Shown here: piece after piece, positions 14,737-28,400 of the stretch
Position numbering within the stretch: position 1 is the stretch's first letter
How the letters are laid out: every line of letters begins with the position of its first letter
Assembly (NCBI GenBank): GCA_050273025.1
Contig: CP158635.1
Location: 930,001 to 994,000 of the forward strand
Length of the DNA: 64,000 nucleotides
Origin: Cenococcum geophilum
Taxonomy: Eukaryota
Direction: 5' to 3'
Notes under the pieces: generated by a model
What the model was told of the DNA's origin: nothing
The model's database searches: none
The model's input: only the letters and a program-made list of their open reading frames with translations
Program-made: the position numbers and the translations under genes

Positions 14737-15409
14737 ACTTCTTACTTCTTAATCTTAGTATTAACATTTCGATTTTTAAGCCGAACACTATATTCTCCTA
14801 GTAGGTCTTCTAGGTCTATATATCTATCTCCTAGTCTAATTGCTATTTATACTATAGATTCTCTAATCTATAAAGAAGCCTCTTACCTCTTATTTATGGG
14901 TGTCCTTATCCGTACTCTAAATTCTTAGCCCTGTAGAATTCTTAATCCTAAGCTTACTTCTATCTTAAGCTTTACTCCAGCCTTAGTTTAACTAGGCTTA
15001 CTTAGTGTTCTTATCTCGTCTTAAGAGTCTTAAATCTCACTTATCTTATCTTAAGAATCTTATATTTCTAAAAAACTTCGTCCTAAGCTTATTTGTATAT
15101 CACTAAACTAAGCTATTACTCTGCTCTATTAGTTATCGTCCGTTATAGGTCCTTAAGCTTACCTTATCTTATTTTAAGAATCTTGGTCGTCTTATATCTC
15201 ATCCTAAGAATCTTAAGCCTTTGGCCTTTTGCCTTTATTAAGTGCCGAAGTGGTTTACTATTCTACTTCTCTTATATCTTATAAAGTAATAGATATCGTA
15301 TCTAGTGAGGTCTTAATCCCTACTAATATTCCCTATTCTATAGTGGAATTATCCTCTATCTCTTATATAACATCTCTAAGGTCTACTCGCTCCCAGTAAG
15401 CGGCCTTTA

Positions 15410-18400
15410 TGTTAGCGACTCAGTCAATCGAGACATAAGCACGGCAAAAGGGTCGCGCAAGCCTGTACGATTGGATTGTCTATAAACGAGAATCTAAAGC
15501 TAAAGAAAGGAAAGGAGAAGAAGGGGAGCGCCGCTCGAAGCTATATACGATCTTCGCGTCACGTGACCGCAATATGCGGCAATCTGTGGCAACTTGCCGG
15601 TGCGTAGTTCTGCCAGTGCCGTAACATTACCCCCCCCTCCAAAAAAGCCTGCCCTCAGGCTTTTGCCGCTAAAAGTCTTGGCAAGAGAATCTAACCAATC
15701 AGACAACTTCGACCGCCGGTCGAAGTTCCTAGATATCTCAACACCTCACGTGACTAAGAAATTTCTGGGGCGTTCTTGTCCTTATGTTCTTCTGGTAGCT
15801 TATCGTCTTCGTTATACTAGCATTCTATCCACTTATCTAGGTACTTTGGCGGTCCAGGTTTGTTAGGGTAACGGCTATAGAACTCCTAAAGCTTATAGGG
15901 GCTACCTATAAAGTTCCATATAGGGTACTAAGTGGGGTCTGGGTCATATCCTTTCCAACTAACACAATACTTTAACGTTCCCTTTACAAGTTTACAGGCT
16001 AGTATTTCTTCAATTTCCCATTCATTATCGTCGTTAACTTGAATTGGCAGGGGAGGTTCATTCTTTTGTCCGGGCAGTAGGTCATTTACAGCTTTCCGTA
16101 GCTTATCCAGTAAGAAAATAGGGTGGACTTTAATTGAGTCTGGGAGCTCAACCTTATACAAGTTGCCTACTTTGTCAAGAATCTTATACGGTCCTGCCAT
16201 CTTATAGTCTAGCTTACGGCTAGGCCGTTCTGTCTTCTAGTTCTTTATCGTAACCTAGACCATATCGCCTACAGTAAAGTTAGGCTCGCGCCTATGCTTA
16301 TTTGCCTGCTGTTCCATTAATTTCTGGGCCTTTTCTAGGTTCGTACGGGCTACTTTCCAGGCTTCTTCTAAGCGCTTAGCGTACTGCTGGGCTTCCTTAT
16401 GAGATAGTTTTTCGCGTACGGTCTGGGGCCCTTCTGGTCTTTCCCAGTTAAAGCTTATGTGGGGTAGGTAACCCATTTCTAGTTAAATAGGGGCAAATCC
16501 GGTAGAGTCGTGGGGTAGGGTCGCTTGGGCGTAGTCTATTAAGGGTAATAGTTCGGCCCAGTTATCCTGGAAGTAGTTAACGAAAGGCCGGAGTCTCTGG
16601 TCCAAGTATTAATTTATAATCTCCGTTTAACCGTCTGTCTGGGGGTAATATGCCGTAGAAAGCTTTAGCTTAATACCTAGGATCTGGGTGAACTCATTCC
16701 AAAAGGCTGATATAAACTGCGGCCCGCGGTTGGATATAATAGTGTTTAGTAGTCCGTAAATTCGGTAGACGTAGTAGATATACAGTTAGGCTGCCTCTTT
16801 AGCATCGATATTCTTGTAATAGGGAATTAAGAATAGGCGCTTGCCGAAGCGGTCAATTAGGATCATAACCATATCATATCTGTTACGGTCTGGAGGTAGC
16901 TTATAAAAGTCTATAGAGACATGTTACCAGGGGCGGTTGGGTATTGGGAGGGGTTTTAATAGTCCTGGGGTCTTATCTCGCGGAATTGTAGACCTACGGC
17001 AGTTGTTGTAGTTCCGTATATAACGGTCGATATCTATAACCATTCCGGGCCAGTAGTAGTGGTCGCCAATAATCCTGCGGGTCTTATTCTTTCTAGGGTA
17101 GGCCGTAGAGACCTAGGTATGTGCTTTAGCAATAAGCCGAGTCCGTAAGTTCTGTTTCTCTACCACTACCAGCCGTTCCTAATGCTTAAGTAATCCATTT
17201 TTGAGGGACCATAGGCTGGTAATATTCTTTGCCTTTTTACGGTACTCCTGTAGAGAAGGGGCCGTACGGTTTATTTACAGCAATTCGTTAATTAAGTCAA
17301 GTCCTAAAGGGTTAATAGGATATATCTCGGCGCCTAAGGGGTCTATACTTAGTTCTGCCTGTATCCGGGGGTTAAGGTGCTCTAGTCGTAGTAGCGTCTG
17401 GGTCTATAATAAGATCTTCGCAGCCGTATAGTCACCTAGGTCTTATTCGCGCCTAGTAAGAGTATCCGCACGGTTTGTAGCGCCTGGTCTATACATAATT
17501 AAGAAGTTAAACTAAGATAGGATATCCGCCTAGCGTGCCTGCCGGGCCGTAAGGGCCTTAGTTGTTATAAAGTATTCTAGGGCCTTGTGATCTAATACTA
17601 CTTTAATGGGTTTAGGGGTCCCCTCTAGCTGTACACGCCAGTGCTGAAAGCTAGAGATAATAGCCAGCATTTCTTTATTATGGATGTGGTAGTTTAGTTT
17701 AGTATCTATTATAGTCTTTAAATAGTATGCGATAGGGTGCCATTCTCCGTCCGGTTGCTTCTGGGAAAAAATACCGGCTATTGTGCCGTCTAAGGCATTA
17801 GTTTCTAGTATTAAGGGCCGTTCTAGGTTAAAGTGGGTAAGTAGGGGGGCCGACACTAGCCGTTTTTTAAGCTTATTAAAGGCCTGCATATATATGGCGT
17901 TAAAGTAAAAGGGCTAGTCTTTCCTAGTAAGGCGGTTAAGAGGCCGGGCGATCCTACTATAGTTCTTAATAAAGCGTCGGTAGAAGTTACAGAAACCTAA
18001 AAACGATTATACCCCCTTTACGGTCCGTAGGGGCGTCTACTAGTTAATTGCGGTCGTTTTCTCTGGGTCGGCCTTAATTCCGTCCGTGCTGATAATAAAA
18101 CCTAGGTACTTTATACGCTTAACACTAAATTCCGACTTCTTAATATTGGCCTAGAGGCCAGCTTTGCGGAGCCGTTATAGAACTTTATGGACGTGCTCCT
18201 TATGTTTTAGTTCGTTCTCCAAGTAGATCATAATATTATTTAGATAGGCCATATAGAAGTTGTTAAGGTAGTTAAAGAGTACATCGTTTATATACCGCTG
18301 GTACGTAGCTAGTCCATTGGTTAGTCCAAAAGGAAGTACCTTATATTTATACGTCCCGTAACAGGTCCGGAATGTAGTAAGATCCTTAGACCTAGGGTCT

Positions 18401-21370
18401 ATCCTAATTTGGTAAAAGGCCTAGCAGATATTAAGCTTTATAAAAACCTTAGCTCTACTTATTTGGGTAAGAGTCTTATTAAGTAAGGGCAGCGGGTAGC
18501 GGTCCTTACGGGTTATATTATTTAGCTTACGGTAGTCGATGCAGAAGCGCAGTCCTCTATTTAGCTTTTTGATAAAGAAAATAGGTGAGTTAAAAGGGGC
18601 TTGGCTAGGCTTGATGAAGCCCTTATTTAGGTTATCAATAAGGTACTGCTTTATAGCCTATAATTTGGTAATAGACTGTGGGTAGAGAGGGCTAAAGCTA
18701 AGGGTGCTTCCCTTGTCTTGCTTAATTTCAATCTTATAGTTATATGGTTAGTAGGGTGGAAGCATGTTAGACGCTGCCTTAGAGAATACGTCCTTGAATT
18801 TCCGGTGTTAATCGGGTAGTTTTTACTCCACTAGTTCTTTATCCGTAAGCCCGCTTTCCTGTCCACTAAGCTCGCTTTCCTTTTTTTTAATTATTTGGTT
18901 AATTTCGTATAGGCTAGTTGTAAAGGCAACGGTATTAGGCTAAACCAGGTTCTAGTAGAATCCTATAGCGCTAATACAGCAGACATCAACTAGTAGGAGG
19001 TCTGTAGGTTTCTTTAGCGTCTGTTAGGCCGTGGTTTGCGGTATGGGGTTTATAGTCTTCCTCAGCTTACGTTCCATTTTCCGTAAGTTATCCTTCCTAT
19101 CTATTAGTTTAGTGTAGCGTCCAATATCCCTAACTTTCCTTTATAGCTTCGTAGGGTTCTCCGTAGGGAACTTAGCTAGGTCACTACCGACTTCCTAGGT
19201 CTCTGGTGCGGGTGGCGTAATATAGGTAGTCTGAGGGCGGCGTAGTATACGGATCCGTTGTGGGTTAAGCTATACGTCCTTCTTAAAGGCCTGGTTTCTG
19301 CGCATAGCATCGGCCTAGTAAATGGTATTAATCTGGGGCCGTATAAGGTTTTTTATTGTAATGCTGATTTCTTTTATAAAGAAAGGGGTCGGGGGTAGAG
19401 TTTCGGGCTAGATAAGCCGTCTACTCTATACTTCGAGCTATAAGCCTAAATAGGCTAGCTATTTTCTTCCTAAGATTATATCGTGGCTTCCTAAGTCCGT
19501 AATAAGAAAGGGGACGTTATACTACCTTCGTCCGTTAACGCGGAGGTGGGTCCACAAGATAGTTATAATAGGTGGCCCTATCTATTTGTTATAACCGCGA
19601 ATAGGGATTAGTTTGGGCAGTTCTTCAAGGGGTGCATTTAAAAAGTTAGCCAGTTTTACAGCGCATTTTGTGTTAATTAAGGTAAAGGTATTTACTCCTA
19701 AGTTAGCTAAAGTAGAGGTTAAAACTTAATATCTATTGCGAAATAAAGTATAAGGGATAGTACAGCTTCTTCCACCAACTAGCCAACCTAGATCGATATG
19801 TAATATATCAATCCCTTTTAACCCTAAAGAGGAGTCTTCCTCTAGGGTTCCTCTTTTTCCGGCTCCGTACTATCCTCCTAAATTAACAAGACCTCGTTTG
19901 TCCTTGCCTTTATCAGGCAGTTCCTTATAGGGTGACCTATTTAACTGCACGAGAAGCAAGCTCCTTAATTGCTAAGGGCCTATATACGGGGGTCGCTGTA
20001 TGTAGGCCAGGTGTACACCGGGCCCGCAGTAGGGGTAGCTACACGGCCAGCTATTGGGTTAGCTGTAGGAGTTGCCGATCGTGCCAGGGCACTACGGGCC
20101 GTACTCGTAGTACTTACGGCCTGGTTTACAAGGTTTCTAGTTTTCAGCTAGTTAGCGCGTGCCTTAATTCGACGGAGGCCTTAGTCAATAGCTAGGCAAT
20201 AGTCCGTAAGTTCCTTTAACATCTATGCCGTAGTATAAGCTGGCAATACGGCCCGCTATAGGTCTAGGGTAAGCTTATTAAAGAGGTCTGGCAGTAGGTC
20301 TTCCTAGGGGATCTAGGCCTATCCTGCCAGGTATAGGAAGCGGGTTTGGAAGGCCGAAAAGGTCTCCGTTGTTTTTATATTTAGGCTTTTATAGCCAAGG
20401 CGAGCGTTCTATACTTTAAAAGGGTCTTCATAAATAGAAGACAAGTATTTAATTATTTCTTCTTCAGAGATAAAGGGGTCTACTAAGTCTTTAGTGTATC
20501 GCGGGCGTAAATGCGTTTGGGCGTCTCCGCCAGTACAGCCGAAGACATAGGCCATTCTGGCTCGGGCGTTAGGGAAGTGGTCTGCATTAACTTTAAGCTT
20601 ATCCCATAATTAAAGCTTCCAATTGTCAAATATAGGGTCGGTTCCGTCTGTAAGTAGTAGGGGGTCCGCGACCTTTGCTAACCGCTTCGGTGCTGCATAG
20701 GCCTCAGTAAATCCACTAAGGCGCTAGGATAGGGCCTAAAGGACTATAGTAAGTCTTTAGTTATCTAATAATAACTCATTATTAGATACAGGGGTATCTC
20801 TGGCTTTAAGCAGCTCTCGTAATCGTTTAATTTTGGCATTAGCAGCCGCAAGCTCCGCCTAGGGGGTTAAAACGTTAATTGTTTCTTTATCTGAAGTATT
20901 TAAGGGTCTTACAGCTGCTTTACCCGCTGCTGTAGTTCGTGGCATAGTGGTAGGGGTATTAGGTAATTCCGGGTAATTTCTTTAGGGGTTCTGGTCTGTG
21001 TGTATCTTGTAGGTCCTTTCCTTAGGGTTCTGTTCTTTTCTTTTAGGTCCTGTCCTTATGGTCCTAGTGGTGTCCTTAGGGTCCTATTCTGTGTTCTCGT
21101 AGATATATTTAAGTTCCTTCTCAGGAAGAAAGAGTAGAGTGAGCTTTAGATAATGTTAGCGACTCAATTAATCGAGACATAAGCACGGCAAAAGGGTCGC
21201 GCAAGCCTGTACGATTGGATTGTCTATAAACGAGAATCTAAAGCTAAAGAAAGGAAAGGAGAAGAAGGGGAGCGCCGCTCGAAGCTATATACGATCTTCG
21301 CGTCACGTGACCGCAATATGCGGCAATCTGTGGCAACTTGCCGGTGCGTAGTTCTGCTAGTGCCGTAACA
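15410..21370 (-). mobile_element. Ty3/Gypsy chromovirus B (A family, full length, lighter RIP) inserted in C
   Basis: 217-bp LTRs at 15410-15626 and 21154-21370 differing at 3 transitions; TSD CTTTA at 15405-15409 and 21371-21375; PPT ~15630-15640. ORF fragments include RNase H (17530-17889) and the GPY motif plus chromodomain (15928-16200). Confidence 0.95.
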
Positions 21371-23689
21371 CTTTATCGCCTTATCGTTATAGAATATTTC
21401 GTCTACGTTAAATTTATCGTTCTTAATATCCGATCTACGAACTGGTTCGTTGGTTCCTCTATATCCTATAGGTACTAGCTCTTATAGCTAATAGCTTACG
21501 CTATACTTAGCGTCCTTATAAATTTAGTATGCGTTATTATAATAAAACACAAAACTTTTAATTAAACATTCTTTTATTTCTTATAGCATATTATCGTTCC
21601 TCTATACGTGTATATTATCTACTAGTCTTATCCCTTTTACTATATAGTAACTTTACCCACTTCTATAGTCTCTAATATAATAACCCTATTTTCCGCAATT
21701 TATATAAGCTCCCTCTTTAAACCATTTTTCTTGCTATAGAGTCCGCCTAAATATCTTCTGCTACTAAGATCCCTAGTTTAGCCTCTATTCCTTAGACCTT
21801 TAATTACTTAATCCTTATCCTTTAGGTTTTTATAATTTCTTATTCTATCTCCTAGATTCTTTAGTACCACTTAGGTCTATTAGCTCTACGCTATACTATA
21901 GTTTTTAACTTAGCTTTAGTTATTGCGTGCTTTACGCCTTATATAACTATAAAACTCTATCCTGGCCTCTCTTAGCCTATTCCCTTTAGTAGATCCGATT
22001 ATTAATCTTAATTACTTAATCTATTAGTTCCTGTAGGGTATCCGCATCTTCTATTAGGATAATTACGTCCTAGACTTTAGCCTTAAGTCCTTACTTATAC
22101 TATACTATAAGCGCCCTATTATTTTACTTTACTTATGTTGCTAATGTCTGGAACTATATTATATACTTAATTGCTAAGGTTCGTTGCGTAATGTTTTAGA
22201 GTTTTCTTTCCGCCACAGTTGTTGCCTTTAGGTCTTTAAATATTTATATAAGTCGTTCTATAAATCTATTCTAGCTTAAGAATATAAACCATACTTCTTA
22301 ATTAGTAGTTATTATACTATTTACTTATATCTCTATAAGGTAAGGCTCGAACTATTTAAGTGCTCTTTCTATTAAGAACAGTCCTGTATATGCTATTTAA
22401 TCTATAGGTATTACCAGCTTTACTCCCTCCTATGCTACCTTAAAGTGCATTTATATAAGGAATCCTTTAAGCTTTAATCTCTCTCCTAAGTATCTTTTAA
22501 TTAATAGTAACTTAACCTTTACTGTGCCTATCTCGTTAATTCTATTTTCTAACGTCGCATTATTTTCTATTAACTGGTTAACTATCTCTTATAGCTGTCC
22601 GACTGTTATAGGTTACTATAAGTTAGTATCTGCTATACTAGTGTCGTTACTTAACCTTAAAGTAGTTGCCGCCGTCAATAGCGTTATAGTGGCTGCTTTT
22701 GGTGGCATGTTATTTAACTTTATTAATACTATAACCTTAGTAGTGAATGTATAACGAAGCCTTATAGCAGGAACTACGGTGGACTTATTAATAGGCCGGG
22801 TATATAGGTAAATAAGAAGTTAATAACGTAATAATAACTAGTGGAGTGGTTGCCTAATAGATTAACTCTAATTATATTCTGAGATTTATTACGAAGGAGA
22901 GAACTATCTAGGTAGGGACTGTGGTCCTTTAAATACACAACCGTACTCCTAAGAAATCCCCTTTATACGTAAGGTACATGTGCTCTATTTGCTCTATTAT
23001 AGATTATATAGATCCTATAGATTATATAGATTACGTTATGTGACCTTAGTTACCATTCCTCGTCACATAGCTCTATCGGCTCTATCCTGGACCGTGCTTA
23101 AATTAACTAACTAGCTTCTTCCGTCTCTTCTCTAAGTAGTCGTAATACTGTACTTAAAGCGTCCATAACATCGATTAACTAAGTCGCTAATACTAACCTA
23201 CTTTCTCTATACTATTGTAAGCTATTATTCTTCCTTTATAAGTTACTTCTAAATCTTCTTATCCTATTAGCGTACCTCCTCTTAGTATTATAGTTGTTTG
23301 CGCTCCTCTTAAAGCTCTATTACTTACTCGATTTTTAAAAGGCTAAAGAATATAGCCTTATAATTAGTCTCTGCACGTAGTTTATTAAAGAGAGGCTTGC
23401 TATAAGTTCTCTTCTTCTTTTTATTCCTAAACGCCTTTTAGAGGCCCCTATTTTCTAAGCAGAGGAGGGCAATATTAGTGATAAGCTTAAGAACCGTATT
23501 TTTAAAGCCTTTTGTCCTGCGGCTCTATAACCTTATTAACCACGTCTCGTAAAAGCTTGTGCACCTTCCTCTATTCGCTTACTAAGAGGGCTAAGGTATT
23601 TAAGTTCCTTAATAAAGGCTAAGAGGTTTTACCTTACTTTTATTAGGTCTTAATAGCGCTAAGAACAACCTCTAGATTAAGGGGATTAA

Positions 23690-24189
23690 TATAAGGCACA
23701 TTGCCAGGGTATACGGTAGGGAGTAGGTAAGCCGAGTATGAGTTATAAGAAGAGTCGATAGAAGAGGACGATATAGTAATAAGGGTAGGCAATAGCCTTG
23801 TACGGAGAGACGAACCAATAAGGAGGGAAAGGGCTGCAAGCTTAAGGAGTTTATAAGGAGGTGCCAAGCCTAGCCTTCGGCTAGGCCTTGGCTACCCCTT
23901 AAAGCTCCTAGGCGATGCAGCCAAGTAAGGGCCAAAATAACTATAAGCTTTGCAGTGTGGAAGAATTAAATAAGCGACTTAATTGTAAATTTATAGAAAT
24001 CAAGTGGTATATATACATGAGAAAGGTGTAGACAATAAGGGGTAATTGACCGAGTTAGTGACCGAGTCAGTGACTAAGTCGGTAAGCGAGTTAAGAGGTA
24101 GGTGACTCAAATGGAGACAGTTTAATATGCAGTCGAGTCAGTGTAGTAGTCTGGCGGTGTGCTAGTAGTCGGTTATAATAACCCTTATA
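23690..24189. mobile_element. Solo LTR S3 (500 bp) inserted in the pogo transposase
   Basis: Termini TATAAGG...CCTTATA (RIPed TGTAAGG...CCTTACA); TSD ATTAA at 23685-23689 and 24190-24194; the transposase frame resumes across it. Confidence 0.82.
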
Positions 24190-24499
24190 ATTAAGCCTAG
24201 TATTTGCCCACCCACTAAGTATATTATTTGTAGTAAAGGCCCTATTATAGGCAGCCCAGAATAGACGGAAGAAATCGCGTTTTATAACGGAGGAGAGGCC
24301 CTAACTCTTATAAATAAGAGTATTAAGTTCTTAGCTGTAATACGTGCTAAGAGGAAAGAAGAGACTAACGTTAAGAGGTTATAGTTAGTGGGTTAAATAA
24401 GGCGGAAATATAGCCACTAATATCTTATGCTTATATTACTAGTAGAGGAAGTTTATATTAATATAAGATCTATATCCGTTTAATATTAAAAGCCTCTAA

Positions 24500-25100
24500 A
24501 ATCTTCTATTTCTAGCTTTCTTCTTTATTTCTATATTAAAAAGGGTAGTAGGCTATAAGAATCCTATCTTATTATTTATCTAACCTATTATAGTAGATAA
24601 AAAGAAGACACGGTGTTACTTAAGGTTAAAATTTTAAAGCTAGGAGTCCTGAAGGTTGCTAGAAATAGCTTAATAAATTAGGCCTAAATAGAGGCTTATT
24701 CCGTTAGCGCAGATACTTATAACTACTATAATCTACTCTTTATTACTATCTTAACTAGCGCTAAGAAGCTTACCTTAAATTACTTCTAATCTAGTATAGA
24801 TTCTCTTACTCTTATTAAGTATATTAATAAGAAAGCCCTTTTTATTTATATTGTATATATTATACACCTTAATCTTATACTTCTTAATTTTCTCCTTTAA
24901 TAACTTATAAAAGAGCTAATACTAATATAAATTATTAGCCCTTTTATAGGCTATATTAGCTAGGGCTAAATAGCTTAATTTTATATTATCCTTATAGCGC
25001 TTAATAAACCACAAAACCTAGTTCTTTCTAGGCATTATTCTTAAGATCTTAAAGGCAAAATTTTATACCATTTAAGGAGTAGGAGGTAGGCCACGTTTAG
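24500..25100 (-). pseudogene. Highly degraded Gypsy RT/RNase H fragment
   Basis: Minus-strand remnants resemble AF.S..L...ERNY...E...LA.V and TDH.SL.YL. No termini recognised. Confidence 0.45.
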
Positions 25101-25449
25101 TAAGAAGATTAAAATAATTGGGTATTATTATTACTAGTTATATAGTTTATATATAATATAACACCATAAAGGGGTATTGAGATATTACTATTTTAAGTAA
25201 ATTATAGATATATACCTAGAATATCGTTATTACTAAGATAAGTAAAGAAAATAAGTAAAATAATAAAGTAGAGAATAGAGACTCTAATAAATCTTTATAA
25301 GGACCTCTATTTTATAGCAAAAATAGTATAAGAAAAAATAAAAAAGTATTATAATGCTAAGAGATCTAAGGGACTAGATCTAAAGGAGGGGGATAAAGTA
25401 TAGCTATTATATAATTTTTTTACGAGTTAATAACTAAGTAAGAAGTTAG

Positions 25450-28400
25450 TGTCGGTATAACTCTCTTTACCAACGTGCACGAATATCACTTGTAGTGGTA
25501 CGTATGCGGTGTTGAAGTTGGTAGTTAATTGTTGTCTAGAAGAAAGGGGTTGCTCCAAGGTTAGACAGTTAGTCTCGCTTCGTAGTCCCGTGACTACGTC
25601 ACGTGATTAATATTCCGACACTAGAGCAACTCTAAAAAGAAGGCTAATCTATACTCTAAAGTTAAGTCTTCTAGACTACTCGTAACGTATACGCAATAGC
25701 GACTTTCTGCCAAATTCTACTATATTACTAAATTCTGCCATATTACCAAATTCTGCCAAATTCTGCCATAATACTAAATTCTGCTAAATTCTGCCGAACC
25801 TAACTTTATCCCCGAGATAGAAAATTACTATTAGCTCACTTAGTACTAGCGCCAACACTAAACTAAAGTTAAATCCGTTCGCTTAACCCACCCTATAGCC
25901 TATAATTCGACTTAATTTATATTAATAAGCTATAATAGTGCCGTATAGGGCTTACCCTTTATTATAGCGTCCATAGGGTTAGTATCTCCATTAATCCACT
26001 TAACTTTAGTAATCTATCTTCGTTTATAAGCTTGGCGAAGGCATATTATATTAATTATTAAGTATTTCTTTTATGTAGTTCCTAGTCGGACAAGACAGTT
26101 ATATAAAGACTTTAAATTAGTACAGAGAATAAGTAGTAAGTTAACCTATAAGACCTTATCTAGCGTAGATTTAATTATAGCGCCTATGTTAAAACTATAC
26201 GCTATGCCGTATAACTCTAAGGCTAATATACTCCTAGTAACTCTTTTGCACTTAATTAAGGACCAGTAAACAATATTTGCCTTATTTAAGGCGTCTGCTA
26301 GTATAAGTACGTAGCCAATTTATAAAGATAAGTCCTTATTATTGGTAAAGGAAGCGTCTATAAATACTAGGAGTTATAAGGTGTTAACGTCTAGCTTAAT
26401 AAACTTTAGGCCTCTATTTGCGTTCTTAATCTGCTAGCTTAATTGCTTATTAAGACTCTTTATATCGTCTTTAACTGGGTTAATTACCTAGGTAGTAAAG
26501 GATAGGTTAAATAAGGCCTCTAGCTAATAGACTAAGGCGATATAGGCTCCTCTGGCGCGTTAAGCGATATACTAGTCCTTTAGCATAAGCAGGCCACGCG
26601 TAACTCCTCTAGAGCTAGTGCTATCTACTAGCATAGTGTTAACCACACTAAGGTTCTTATACTAGCGCTTTTGCGTTAGCGTAATACTCCCGTCTTATAT
26701 TAATTAAATAAGTCCTCTATTAAACTTAATTAGTATATTAGCGGTTAATTACTCTCGCTCCTTAGCCATAAATTTGGCCTTATATAGTTCGCTTTATTTA
26801 GCCTCTATAAAGGTATTATCTATAAGAAATAGTATATTATTAGTCTATAGGCCGACAATTCTAAAAGGCTTATTACTATAAAGTAAGTAAGGATTATATA
26901 TAGACTAGTCTATTTGCAGCTAATTAACGTAGTATAAATAGTAGGTCTTAAACCAGTGGTTTCTAGCTTTAGGTACTCTATAAAGTAGCTTTATAACCTT
27001 TAAAACGGAGTCCGTATTAATTCCCAATTATTTATTTAGCTTATATAGTGGTTATACGTAAAACTCGCGGTTTAGGTTTATAGTGGACTAGACATAAGCT
27101 TATAAGATGTCTTGGAGGTAGAGTTGTATCTATAGTAGTATAGCAGTAATATAGAGAATTAGCCGCTGGCTAACCCGTTAAATTATTAGTAACTAAGTAA
27201 GGACTAGCTCTTTCTCTAAATTATTATAGGCCTATATAATAAGTTGTGATTTCTTAAAGGCTCTATTAGTTCCCTTATTCTTAATCTTGTTAATAAACCG
27301 TAAGTTAAAGAGTCTAACCCCCTTTAGCATATCGTGTAGCTTAATAATCTTAAAGACGCCTTTCTTAAGTAGGCCTGTAACCTCCTTTTATCGTAAAGCG
27401 CTAAATTGGGTGTTATCATCGTTCTATAAGTAGATAGCGATATCGGTAATATCTGCAATATCACCTATAAAAGCACCTATATCTATTATAGCGTCTATAA
27501 TAGCCGTGTCTGCGACAGCCGTAAGTAATAGGTATTTACGGGGGCGACCTCTACCTCGCTTTGGCGGTAGCTATAGTTCGGCTTTAGGTAACGATTAAGG
27601 TTTAGCTGGTAAAGGTACTAGTTTAGCTGATTTAATAGGCTCTCGTGGTTTAACTGGGTCTTATAGGTCCAGTAGGTAAGGTTTCACGACCGTAGAGCGA
27701 AAGGTTATAGGCCTATTTGGTAGCTTCATGGTACAGGTCTTACTGTTAACGGCAAGTAGCGTATATAGCCCATCCTAATAACTACTCTGGCTAGTATTGC
27801 CTTCTCTCTAGACTAAGACAGGCAAACTAGGTAGGAGGCTATAAATAGCGTTAGTTTATGGTCCGTTTCGCATATTAAGAGCGTTAGCGATCTGTTGTTT
27901 AGCTTATAGCTTCTGGATTTCTACTATTGCTTTCTTAATAGCCGTAGCTCGCTGTGTAACTAAAGGTAATGGCGCGTCCGATTTAACCATTCGGGGGTAG
28001 GCTCTAAAGACTAGGAGTATAGGGATTAGGCCTTCTAGGCCAGCTGTGTTATTAATAGCTTTAAAGGCCATTTATAGGGCCATCTCCTTACTAATTTCAG
28101 GGATTTTAGTCGTAATGATTTGGTAGGCTCGTCGTAGCGGACTATAGTAGCGCTCTACCATTCTAATAGAATTGTATAATTTGACTGGAACTGACTTTAT
28201 AGTTACTCCTATAGTGGCAGCGTAGTGCTTAAACTCCTTACTGATAAAGTTCTTCCTGGCGTCTGTAGTGATTAGGTCTAGTGGTCCTAAGTAGCTATTA
28301 ATTTAGCACATCCGTAGAATGTCTTAAGTGTGCTTAGCGCTGATATCTCGTAGCTATCTGCCAGCTTAAAATTAAGTTGCTTCGTTGACTACGTATAGTA

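Larger units (their letters stand above)
7192..23170 (-). mobile_element. Ty3/Gypsy chromovirus C (second family) inserted in the 3' LTR of A
   Basis: 421-bp LTRs at 7192-7612 and 22750-23170; TSD TCGAT at 7187-7191 and 23171-23175; purine tract beside the left LTR on the minus strand. gag starts MPPKAAT at 22708, pol lies ~8400-11740, and the element is colinear with E. Confidence 0.93.
883..23192 (+). mobile_element. Ty3/Gypsy chromovirus A (RIP-inactivated) carrying nested insertions
   Basis: 5' LTR 883-1109; 3' LTR 6982-7191 plus 23176-23192, split by element C. TSD CTAAC at 878-882 and 23193-23197; G-run PPT ~6967-6978. Degenerate gag, protease (ALA(D)(S)G ~2590), RT YLD(D) ~4067, RNase H, integrase and chromodomain (~6660-6810). 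Confidence 0.93.
700..24500 (-). pseudogene. RIP-degraded Fot1/pogo-like (DDE_1) transposase in three pieces (~24195-24500, 23198-23689, ~700-882), split by insertions
   Basis: De-RIPed minus-strand reading gives RLLILDGHGSH...FPPHSTHRLQPLDV...KRDFFRLFWAAY..AFTTNNILSGW..TGL.PLNPEVVL and a C-terminal ENRGL...KKKR..KPLF..LRAE...AIFFS. The frame rejoins across solo LTR S3 when one TSD copy is removed. The 700-882 piece is assigned only by adjacency across element A's TSD. Confidence 0.75.
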
